Origin: a virus
Lineage: Duplodnaviria > Caudoviricetes
Reading direction: 5' to 3' (one strand)
Virus record (IMG/VR): IMGVR_UViG_3300010371_000094
Coordinates: 1-28,745 of that record
DNA length: 28,745 nucleotides
Part shown: positions 8,270 to 15,858 of the stretch, in pieces
Layout of the letters: the number at the start of each line of letters is the position of its first letter
Position numbering within the stretch: the stretch's first letter is position 1
Made by a program: the position numbers and the translations under genes
Notes under the pieces: model-generated
The model's database searches: none
The model's input: only the letters and a program-made list of their open reading frames with translations
Told to the model about the DNA's origin: nothing

Positions 8270-11200
8270 GTGCGCCCTATGACCTGCTACCGCTTTGCGC
8301 TACGTGCGCGCGGTATCGCGGGGTAGCGGCAACCGGCTTTACGTGCGTGGCATACCCCGAGGGTATTCCTGTCGAAATAATGGCAACTGCGGTCGACCAT
8401 AGGCAACCCTATAAAGGCGACCGCGGGCTTATCTACAAGGAGGCAGACTTGCCGCCAGTGAGTGAAGCGCAACGCAGGGCGATGTTTGCGGCCAAGGCCG
8501 GGCATTCCACCCTGGGCATCCCCGAATCGGTAGGCAAGGAGTTTGCCGCTGCCGATCCAGGCGGCAAGTTGCCCGAGAAGTCGAAGGATCGTAAGATCAG
8601 CCGCGATATGAACCCGATCGACTGGAAATCCTTGTTTACCGGTTTCGGCTCGTTGATGAAGTTTTTTCGCGAGGAGCAGGCCGAACCGGAGCACGCGCAG
8701 GACGACAATCTGTTGTCACCGGAATCAGTCGATTACTCCCCGGGTATCGGCGAAAAGGTGTGCGGCAATTGCGTGCACTATATTGTCGAAAAGGATGGCG
8801 CGCCGACCAGCTTGTGCGAAATTGTGGCCGGCGATATCGACCCGGAATACTGGTGCAAGCGCTTTTTGGCTTCGCAGACCCGCCCGGCGCAAGATGACGA
8901 GCCGAAAGGCCGCGCCGCCTCGGTTGCCTTTGTGACGCCCGATGGCCGCGCCTTGCTTGTCCGTCGTTCCGCCGATGAGGAAAACTATCCAAGCCACTGG
9001 GGTTTCCCCGGCGGGCAGTGCGAGGAGGGCGAAGCCGAGGACGATGCGGCGCGCCGCGAAGCATACGAGGAGGTTGGCGACTGTTCATTCGATGGGATGA
9101 GGCCGGCCGGCAAACAGCGCACCGAACACGGCTGGGACCACACCACCTTTACGGTGCCGGTACAGCAAAGTTTTGTGCCGCGGTTGAACGGTGAGCATGA
9201 CGACTGGTGTTGGGCGCACCCTGATGAGTGCCCCGAACCGATGCATCCGAAGGTGGCCGAATTCCTGAACGGTTTCGGCGGTAAAGTCGAGGACAGTGAA
9301 AAGCTTTCCGAGACGACCCGCGAAGATATCGGCACGCCCGGCTCAAGCAAGCGTGAGGATATGCCGGAAGGCGTGTTTTTAGGCCCTGACCGCACGTACC
9401 CGGTAAAGGAACAGCGCGACGGCAAATGGGCGTACACCCGCAAGCTGCTCGAAGCCGCGGCGTCCGAGGCGCGCATGCACGGCAAGGCCGATATCGCACA
9501 GCGTGCCGATGCGATCCGCGCGCGTGAATTCGGCGGCACGGCTAAAACGACTGAGGATGAAAACCTTGCCCAGGGTTTCAACCGGTCGCGTGAAGGCGGT
9601 GACCTTGAAGACCCGGCGCGTCGCGCCCGCGTCATGAACATGAGCCGTACAGTTACCAAAGAACTCGAGAATATTAAGAAAGGCGGCGCCGGTCGCACCT
9701 GGTCAACCGGTTCGGCGCAGGATGGCAAGTATCTAGCGCTTGATCGTTCTTCGGCGCGCACGTACGACACAAACGGCTATATGCATGTCGGGGCAAACCC
9801 GATCAGCAAGGCGACGGTTAACGACTATTACGGTCGTGAAATCAATGCCGCGATGCAGGGTACCGATGGCTGGGTGCCGCTCGATGAGAACAAAAAATAC
9901 GGGTTGCTGCGGCACCCGGATGAGCTAGCGGCAGCGGCACCGACGTTCAACAAGCTGCCGATTCTGAAACGGCACGTCGCGATATCGGCAAAGGATTTCG
10001 ACCCGAAACTTATCATCGGCAGTACCGGTGATGCTGCGAAATTCGATGGCAAGTATCTCGGCAACACCCTTGCCTTCTGGGACAAGGGTGCGATTGACGA
10101 TATCGAAAATGACGACCGTAAAGAACTCAGCTCGGCCTACTCGTATCTTGCCGATATGACGCCGGGTGAATACGAAGGGATGCCTTACGATGGCATCATG
10201 CGTAACATCAAGGGCAACCATCTAGCCCTGGTGAAGGCCGGCCGTGCCGGTCCTGACGTGATGGTGAACGACGCGGACCCCGACCTAGAGGAGAGTACCT
10301 ATATGTCAAAGATCAGCAAGAAAGCCCTCCTGCGGGCTCGCGTTATCAAGCGGCTAGCAGTGGATTCGACCCCGGAGGAACTCGCCGAGCTTATCGAGGC
10401 CACCCGGGAAGATGACGACGGTGATGACCTTGATCCGAACGGCGGTGTTCCGACCGGGGCCGAGTTCGGCGATAGCCGCCGCAAGCGGTTGATGGATGCC
10501 CTCGCCGATTGCGAAGGTATGGATTCCCGGCACGCCAAGCGCATTATGGATGCGTATGATGCGCGCGATGAGGAATCCAAGGCCGAGCATGAAGAAAACG
10601 AGGCTGAGGAACTCGAGCGTGTTGCCGGCGAGGAACGGCGCGAAGCCGAAGAAGCCCGCGACCGCCTGCGTCGTGCTGCCGACGCCCGCCGCCGCCTTGG
10701 CCGCGACGAGACCGCCGAGGAGGAAGACCGCCGCGAGCGTAGCGAGGATGCGGCGCGCCGCCTTGGCCGCGATGAAAGCGAGGAGGAACGCGAGGAGCGC
10801 GAAAGGGCGGAAGCCGAGGAGCGTGATCGCCGAGCTGAAGATGCCCGCAAGCGGCTTGGCCGCGATGAAGCGCCCGAGGAACTAAAGGAGCGGCTTGAAA
10901 GTTGCCGTGCCGAGGACCGCAAGCGTTATGCCGCCGATGCCCGCAAGCGGGCCGATGATACCCACCGGCAGGCGCTTGATACCCGCAAACCCGCCCGCGA
11001 TCGCCGCAGGGCAAAGGATGAGCCGCCGGCCTTCCCCGGTAAGCCCGAAGTTGGAGGAAAGATGAGTAAGGAAGCGATGGACAAGGCGGCGCGGCTTGCC
11101 GCTGACGAGGCGGTTGAAAAGGAGCGCACGAACCAGCGTGAGATCCGCAAGGCCGAGCAGTTTGTGCGCCCGTGGGTAGGTGAGCTTGCGATGGACTCTG

Positions 11201-11415
11201 AGCCCGATTCGGCGAACGATGTCCTGCGTGCGGCGCTCGATTATTGTGGTGTCAGCACGAAGGGTATGCACCCCGATGCGTATCGCGCGGTGCTCGAGGC
11301 GCAACCCCGTTTGCGGGTGCGCGAGGAAAAGGAAATGCGGGTTGCGGCCGATGCGAAGGGCGGCGCCGGGTTCGGTGAGCGTTATCCGGACCTGCCGGCT
11401 ATCGGGCACGTCTAA
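8266..11415 (+). CDS. DUF2213-type prohead protease/scaffold polyprotein with N-terminal Cys-rich, HiPIP-like and Nudix domains (1049 aa)
   Basis: DUF2213 core ~9733-10275 (PISKATVNDYYGREI, ELSSAYSY, YDGIMRNIKGNHLALVKAGRAG); Nudix box GGQCEEGE...AARREAYEEVG at 9010-9078; CGNC...C...WC at 8761-8856; charged scaffold tail. Confidence 0.9.
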   Translation: MSAPYDLLPLCATCARYRGVAATGFTCVAYPEGIPVEIMATAVDHRQPYKGDRGLIYKEADLPPVSEAQRRAMFAAKAGHSTLGIPESVGKEFAAADPGGKLPEKSKDRKISRDMNPIDWKSLFTGFGSLMKFFREEQAEPEHAQDDNLLSPESVDYSPGIGEKVCGNCVHYIVEKDGAPTSLCEIVAGDIDPEYWCKRFLASQTRPAQDDEPKGRAASVAFVTPDGRALLVRRSADEENYPSHWGFPGGQCEEGEAEDDAARREAYEEVGDCSFDGMRPAGKQRTEHGWDHTTFTVPVQQSFVPRLNGEHDDWCWAHPDECPEPMHPKVAEFLNGFGGKVEDSEKLSETTREDIGTPGSSKREDMPEGVFLGPDRTYPVKEQRDGKWAYTRKLLEAAASEARMHGKADIAQRADAIRAREFGGTAKTTEDENLAQGFNRSREGGDLEDPARRARVMNMSRTVTKELENIKKGGAGRTWSTGSAQDGKYLALDRSSARTYDTNGYMHVGANPISKATVNDYYGREINAAMQGTDGWVPLDENKKYGLLRHPDELAAAAPTFNKLPILKRHVAISAKDFDPKLIIGSTGDAAKFDGKYLGNTLAFWDKGAIDDIENDDRKELSSAYSYLADMTPGEYEGMPYDGIMRNIKGNHLALVKAGRAGPDVMVNDADPDLEESTYMSKISKKALLRARVIKRLAVDSTPEELAELIEATREDDDGDDLDPNGGVPTGAEFGDSRRKRLMDALADCEGMDSRHAKRIMDAYDARDEESKAEHEENEAEELERVAGEERREAEEARDRLRRAADARRRLGRDETAEEEDRRERSEDAARRLGRDESEEEREERERAEAEERDRRAEDARKRLGRDEAPEELKERLESCRAEDRKRYAADARKRADDTHRQALDTRKPARDRRRAKDEPPAFPGKPEVGGKMSKEAMDKAARLAADEAVEKERTNQREIRKAEQFVRPWVGELAMDSEPDSANDVLRAALDYCGVSTKGMHPDAYRAVLEAQPRLRVREEKEMRVAADAKGGAGFGERYPDLPAIGHV
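10672..10880 (+). repeat. Three coding repeats (A/S)xDAxxRLGRDE in the scaffold region
   Basis: ADARRRLGRDET, EDAARRLGRDES, EDARKRLGRDEA; DNA core CTTGGCCGCGA occurs three times. Confidence 0.8.
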
Positions 11416-11425
11416 ACCGGGTAAA

Positions 11426-11455
11426 GGCGGAAGGGCAGCGAACCGCCCTTCCGCC
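11426..11455. terminator. Hairpin between convergent genes, likely terminator (better T-tract on the - strand)
   Basis: Perfect 11-bp stem GGCGGAAGGGC / GCCCTTCCGCC, 8-nt loop; only TTTA follows on the - strand. Confidence 0.65.
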
Positions 11456-11463
11456 GACCTATT

Positions 11464-11646
11464 CTAGCACGGCGCGGGGGTGTGCGAGGTAAGGACGATG
11501 CATGAACCATCGTCCTTCCATTCTACTTCCTGCTCTCCGAATTCCCCGTAGTAGATGTTGTCAATTATCTGAATCCGGTGCATGTTCTTTACCGCACCTT
11601 CGATTTCTTCGCGGGTGAACACAGCACGCTCGGTAATTGTTCTCAT
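11464..11646 (-). CDS. Hypothetical protein (60 aa), antisense island
   Basis: ATG preceded by CCTAAGAAGGA leader; ends at the hairpin. Confidence 0.7.
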   Translation of the reverse strand: MRTITERAVFTREEIEGAVKNMHRIQIIDNIYYGEFGEQEVEWKDDGSCIVLTSHTPAPC

Positions 11647-11672
11647 CGGTTTTTGTCCTTCTTAGGTGTGTT

Positions 11673-11852
11673 ATGTCGGAAGATAAATCCGAAGCCGAAA
11701 AGCAAGGTGAAAAGGTGTCGGGTGATGTAAAAACCGTCATCGAACACTTGAAGGGTAATAAAACGACCCGCACTGAAGCTGTCGATATTAAAAAGGCGGC
11801 GGAACGTTCGATTACCGAACATGATGCTGTTCGCGGTTTCAACCGGCTTTAG
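11673..11852 (+). CDS. Possible hypothetical protein (59 aa)
   Basis: ATG 11673 after AGGTG; charged, protein-like MSEDKSEAEKQGEK...; fills the gap between - strand genes; could be spurious. Confidence 0.4.
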   Translation: MSEDKSEAEKQGEKVSGDVKTVIEHLKGNKTTRTEAVDIKKAAERSITEHDAVRGFNRL

Positions 11853-12067
11853 AGGGTATCGGCAAAAGCCTCCAGCAGCGCACCAAGTTCTTCGTTTATT
11901 AACATCGTGTTGTTTGTCGTCTTATCGACAAACAACCACATCGGGTGGGTATAGGAAAGATAGACCTTTCCGGTATTCAACGCGACCCGCAAGGCCTCTT
12001 CGTTTTCGCCGCCATCAAGCAGGTCTTGAATCGCGTGCGCAGCAAATTCATCGTCATCTTTGCTCAT
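11849..12067 (-). CDS. Hypothetical acidic protein (72 aa), antisense island
   Basis: ATG preceded by CTAAAAGGA RBS. Confidence 0.7.
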   Translation of the reverse strand: MSKDDDEFAAHAIQDLLDGGENEEALRVALNTGKVYLSYTHPMWLFVDKTTNNTMLINEELGALLEAFADTL

Positions 12068-12081
12068 TTCGTTTGTTCCTT

Positions 12082-12351
12082 TTAGCCGCAGGTTAAGACC
12101 ATATAGATTTTACCGGGCCGATAAGTTCGCTCAGTTAAGAACAGATCGTCCGGCACGCAGGTTTCGGTTTCGTTTTGCCAACAGGCTACCCAGCGCCGCG
12201 CCCCACCAAGGGCTTTGTACTGGGTAGCAGCTATGACAACGAACTCGTCAAGGTTAGCACCCGGATCGGTATCGTTGCAGGCGCTATCGGCATAGCGAGG
12301 GGTGATGCGCACAGCGGTATCACCCTCCTGATTGAACAAAAAGAACGGCAT
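12082..12351 (-). CDS. Hypothetical protein (89 aa), antisense island
   Basis: Start reassigned to ATG 12351 (TGATG coupling with the upstream gene): MPFFLFNQEG... Confidence 0.65.
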   Translation of the reverse strand: MPFFLFNQEGDTAVRITPRYADSACNDTDPGANLDEFVVIAATQYKALGGARRWVACWQNETETCVPDDLFLTERTYRPGKIYMVLTCG

Positions 12352-12641
12352 CAGTTTTGCCCCTTTTCCCGTTCGCATTCCTCGCAACCGCACGCTACCG
12401 CAGCCCGAACGCGCTTTAGCGCTTCGGTCAACGTGCCGACCCCGAAACAATGCGTAGCCGCCAACGGGTCGTGCGAATCGCGCCAGCCAACATTGAGTTC
12501 GACGAAGTAATCCTCGAACCCCTCACGTCGGCCTTGCAGAGAATATACGCGCGGGTCGGTTTTTATCTGGTTGGCAAGTTTCGTCCCGGTTCGGGTTGCC
12601 GCCGGTCGACGCCGTTGCGGTCGGTTAAAACTGAATCTCAC
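12351..12641 (-). CDS. Hypothetical protein with C-terminal CxCxxC motif (96 aa), antisense island
   Basis: GTG 12641 correctly spaced from AAGGAG; THC...ACGCEEC may bind metal. Confidence 0.65.
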   Translation of the reverse strand: MRFSFNRPQRRRPAATRTGTKLANQIKTDPRVYSLQGRREGFEDYFVELNVGWRDSHDPLAATHCFGVGTLTEALKRVRAAVACGCEECEREKGQN

Positions 12642-12688
12642 GCAAAGCACTCCTTCTTAGGAAGGGGCAGCCTAGCACAAGTGAGCTG

Positions 12689-12886
12689 CTAGGTCAAATC
12701 GGAAAAGGCAGCCTTGTTGCGCAAGGCTAGCGATTTCACCGCCTGCGCCCGGGCTTGTTCCTCGGTATCGCAGGTGTCGCCATCGATAACACGCCCGGCG
12801 CGGGTGAGTGCCCATACCCAACTTTCGTCGGCGTTTTGTCTGATGACAAGGTGAATAACGGATTGCGGGCGTACTGATCTAGTCAT
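12689..12886 (-). CDS. Hypothetical protein (65 aa), first gene of antisense island
   Basis: ATG preceded by CCTAAGAAGGA; WVWALTRAGRVID...TEEQARAQA loosely recalls DUF1508/YegP-like small folds (weak). Confidence 0.7.
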   Translation of the reverse strand: MTRSVRPQSVIHLVIRQNADESWVWALTRAGRVIDGDTCDTEEQARAQAVKSLALRNKAAFSDLT

Positions 12887-12912
12887 CAGCTATTCCTTCT
12901 TAGGTTGAGCCT

Positions 12913-12941
12913 ACTGTAACGCATTCGACCTTTCGATGCAA
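12913..12941 (-). promoter_or_regulatory. Sigma70-like promoter for the antisense island
   Basis: - strand TTGCAT-N17-TACAGT ending 8 nt upstream of the CCTAAGAAGGA leader. Confidence 0.6.
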
Positions 12942-12949
12942 GTCGAAAG
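12930..12949. promoter_or_regulatory. Operator-like inverted repeat over the -35 box
   Basis: CTTTCGA-N6-TCGAAAG perfect 7-bp inverted repeat, extra TTCGA half-site at 12924-12928. Confidence 0.5.
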
Positions 12950-13020
12950 TTGACCCTTCCGTCCGGGTAGTACGAGGGCGGAAACCCAACCCTGGTTTTT
13001 TCATAAAAGGAGACGCGACT

Positions 13021-13968
13021 ATGCCGCGTGGAGTCCAGGCTACTGTCAATACTGTGCCCGCGCCGGCAGTTGCGGGTGATTTTGCGAGTGCGAACCCCCG
13101 GTTTACCGCCCTTGCCGGCCCCGGCGGGTATGTTTCCGGTGCCGCGGGTGCGACCATCGGTGCCTTTTGCTGGCAGGATTGGTCGTTCCTTGACCCGGAT
13201 GGGAACCCGACGAATATCAACTCGTTCGGCAACGGCCCGGTTACCGGCTTTATTGCTCGGTACCAGCAAGGGCTCATCACGCAGTTCCTTAGCGATGCGT
13301 CGATGATTATCCCGCAAGGCTTTGATGTTACCGTCATGTCGGGCGGTGATTTCTGGGTTGTGAACAACGGCACTACCTTTGCCGTGCAGGGCCAGAAGGC
13401 GTATGCCGATCTTGCGACCGGTCTCGTCAGCTTTGCCGCAACCGGTTCGCCGGCCCAGGCGACGAGCACCGCGGCGTCGATTGCCGCCGGCACCTTCTCG
13501 GTTACCGGTTCGGTCAACGGCAATGTGCTGACCGTTACCGCGGTCGGTTCCGGTGTTGTCGTTATCGGCGGCATCATCAGCGGCACCGGTATTGCTACCG
13601 GAACGCAGATCCGCAACCAGTTGTCCGGCACCGCGGGCGGTATTGGCACCTATTCGTTGAGCATCGGCGAACAGACCGCGGCTTCGACGACCGTTAGCGG
13701 CACTTACGGCACGTTGACCGTTGGCGGCACGATCGTCGGAACGATCCCGGTTGGCGCGGCAGTTGGTGGTTCCGGTGTCACGGCCGGGACGGTGATCACT
13801 GCCCGCGGCACCGGCACTGGAGGTGCCGGCACCTATATCGTCAACACCACGCAGACCGTTGGTTCGGAGGCGTTGACCTTCAATACCAACGTTGAAACGA
13901 AGTGGATTGCGATGAGCCAAGCCGCCGCCGGCGAGCTTATCAAGATCAGCGATCACCCGCTCGGTTAA
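13021..13968 (+). CDS. Head decoration/structural protein with inserted beta-rich modules (315 aa)
   Basis: AAAGGAG RBS; lies between DUF2213 and MCP; PAPAVAGDFASANP, GDFWV, GQKAYADLATG and VETKW...AAAGELIKIS typical of this gene. Confidence 0.85.
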   Translation: MPRGVQATVNTVPAPAVAGDFASANPRFTALAGPGGYVSGAAGATIGAFCWQDWSFLDPDGNPTNINSFGNGPVTGFIARYQQGLITQFLSDASMIIPQGFDVTVMSGGDFWVVNNGTTFAVQGQKAYADLATGLVSFAATGSPAQATSTAASIAAGTFSVTGSVNGNVLTVTAVGSGVVVIGGIISGTGIATGTQIRNQLSGTAGGIGTYSLSIGEQTAASTTVSGTYGTLTVGGTIVGTIPVGAAVGGSGVTAGTVITARGTGTGGAGTYIVNTTQTVGSEALTFNTNVETKWIAMSQAAAGELIKISDHPLG

Positions 13969-14049
13969 CGTCTACCAGAAGTAAGTCGGGGGTTGATCCC
14001 CTACAACCAGGCGTCGACCCCCGACGCCTCAGCACAGGAGCGCACAGCA

Positions 14050-15156
14050 GTGGAACACACCTTTAATAGCTTCTCGGAGGCGCAGGCTGCCTGGCGGGCT
14101 GATCGTGCGCGGTTCGAGAGCCTTGGGGCATTTATTCCCGAGGCGCGTTCGTACATCCCGGAGTCGTGGAAGCACGATTTCCACCTTGCGATGGACGCCA
14201 TTCCGGCACTGACGACTGATCCGAACGGCGGCATCCCCGCGATGCTGACGACCTTTATCGACCCGCAAGTGTTTCGGGTGTTGTACGCCCCGAATGTTGC
14301 CGCCGATATCCTCGGGGAAAGCCGCCGCGGCGATTGGACGATGGATACGACGATGTTCCCCGTCGTTGAGGCCACCGGCGAAGTTGCCTCGTACGGCGAT
14401 TACGAGGAAAGCGGGCGCGCCGGGGTGAACGCGAACTGGCCGCAGCGGCAAAACTATCTGTTCCAGGTGATTGAACAGTACGGCGAGCGCGAGATCGCGC
14501 GGGCTGGGCTGGCCCGTATCAACTGGGTTTCGGAGATCGATGTTTCCGCGGCCATTTCACTCAACAAGTTCCTGAACTACACCTATTTTTTCGGTGTGCG
14601 GAACCTCCAGAACTACGGGTTGCTTAACGACCCGAATCTGGGTGTTTCCTTGACCCCCGCAACCAAAGCGGCCGGCGGTACCGCCTGGGTCAATGCTTCA
14701 GGGCAGGTTGTTGCTACCGCGAACGAGATCTACAACGATGTTCTGTCGGTGTACTATCAGCTCGTTACGCAATCCGCCGGCCTGGTGAAACAGGATACCC
14801 CGCTGGTTCTGGCCCTTTCGCCGGGATCCGGTGTTGCCCTGATGACCACGAACTCGTTCAACGTCAACGTGTTCGACCTCCTCAAAAAGAACTTCAAAAA
14901 CCTGAAGGTCGTTGAGGCGGTGCAGTACGGCGTGCTTTCGGCCTCGAACCCGCAAGGTATCGCGGGCGGCAACTTCATGCAGCTTATCGCTACTGAGGTT
15001 GAGGGCCAGAAGACCGGCTTTATGGCGTTTAGCGAGAAGATGCGCACGCACCCGATCATTCGCGCGATGTCGAGCTTCCGCCGCAAGGCTACCTCGGGTA
15101 CCTGGGGATGTGTCTTGAGGCAGACTTTCACCATCGCAAGTATGATAGGTATCTAG
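14050..15156 (+). CDS. Major capsid protein, DUF2184-type (368 aa)
   Basis: Start reassigned to GTG 14050 (AGGAG at 14036-14040). LAMDA...NGGIPAMLTTFIDP, RQNYLFQ, YFFGVRNLQNYGLLNDPNL, AFSEKMRTH...GTWG...IASMIGI. Confidence 0.93.
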   Translation: MEHTFNSFSEAQAAWRADRARFESLGAFIPEARSYIPESWKHDFHLAMDAIPALTTDPNGGIPAMLTTFIDPQVFRVLYAPNVAADILGESRRGDWTMDTTMFPVVEATGEVASYGDYEESGRAGVNANWPQRQNYLFQVIEQYGEREIARAGLARINWVSEIDVSAAISLNKFLNYTYFFGVRNLQNYGLLNDPNLGVSLTPATKAAGGTAWVNASGQVVATANEIYNDVLSVYYQLVTQSAGLVKQDTPLVLALSPGSGVALMTTNSFNVNVFDLLKKNFKNLKVVEAVQYGVLSASNPQGIAGGNFMQLIATEVEGQKTGFMAFSEKMRTHPIIRAMSSFRRKATSGTWGCVLRQTFTIASMIGI

Positions 15157-15167
15157 TTAAGGGTACC

Positions 15168-15303
15168 TTTACTATTCGGGTGAAGTTCCTTAGTGGCTTA
15201 TCTAATAGGGTAAGTCACTATGGGAACTTTACCAGAAGATGTAAAAAAAGTCTGTCTTTTACGCGTTACACGACGCAGTATGCGTGCTCATATTTAAGTC
15301 GTG
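15168..15303 (+). other. AT-rich structured intergenic RNA element (two imperfect hairpins) containing a 25-codon mini-ORF
   Basis: ~25-bp stem 15179-15233 with several G-U pairs; second stem CACGAC/GTCGTG 15269-15303; ATG 15220 to TAA 15297. Confidence 0.55.
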
Positions 15304-15348
15304 GAAACATATCGTTTGACAACTCCTGCCCACCCAAAGGAGATTATA

Positions 15349-15858
15349 ATGGCCGTACGTGCACGCGAACGCCTTGAGGATAGCAACCGGCGCCCGCTTC
15401 CGACTTCAAAACCGATGCGCTCGCAAGAAACCGTTACCGTTGCCTGCAAACACCCTTCGGGGCTAAAGCTGCGCGTGTTTCGGATGGTGACGCGTCGGGT
15501 TGCCGGCCCGGCCGGGTTTCACGAAGAAGATATCGCGGAACCGCTGCCCGATAGTTTTGATGTAAAAGGCCCGGCCCTGCCCGCGGGTGTCGAAGGCGGC
15601 CATATCGTCGGCGGTTATGCGTTGACCGAAAACTGCCCGAAATGGTTATGGGACCTGTACGCGGAACAGAATGCGGAATCGCATTTGATCCAGAACAATA
15701 TCTTGATGGCGTTTAGCGACCGCAACGAAGCGGCGCAGGAAGCCAAAAAGCTGCGTTCGGTCAGGTCCGGTATGGAGCCGGTTGATCCGAACAACCCGCC
15801 AAAGATCGGCACTCGGCTGAAGATTGAAACCGGCCCGAAACCCGGGGAAGAGGAATAA
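15349..15858 (+). CDS. Conserved phage protein downstream of MCP (169 aa)
   Basis: AAGGAG RBS, ATG 15349; TVTVACKHPSGL...IVGGYALTEN...SGMEPVDP pattern. Confidence 0.8.
   Translation: MAVRARERLEDSNRRPLPTSKPMRSQETVTVACKHPSGLKLRVFRMVTRRVAGPAGFHEEDIAEPLPDSFDVKGPALPAGVEGGHIVGGYALTENCPKWLWDLYAEQNAESHLIQNNILMAFSDRNEAAQEAKKLRSVRSGMEPVDPNNPPKIGTRLKIETGPKPGEEE

Noticed and set aside
10560-10960. Repeats resembling a CRISPR array or VNTR
   Set aside because: In-frame, degenerate at synonymous positions and irregularly spaced; they encode scaffold peptide repeats. No cas genes.
11676-11712. Second leftward promoter upstream of 11646 (TTGCTT...TATCTT)
   Set aside because: Spacer is only 14 nt and it lies within a possible + strand ORF.
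12956-13006. Riboswitch or tRNA in intergenic regions
   Set aside because: No recognisable riboswitch consensus or cloverleaf with T-loop here or in the other gaps.
12886-13956. Long - strand ORF (356 aa) and similar antisense ORFs such as 220-1002, 2920-3663, 8985-9770, 10299-10922 and 19940-20626
   Set aside because: Shadow frames of well-supported + strand genes in GC-rich DNA; no motifs.
13993-14049. Tracked MCP start at TTG 13993
   Set aside because: Lies inside a hairpin without RBS; GTG 14050 has AGGAG.
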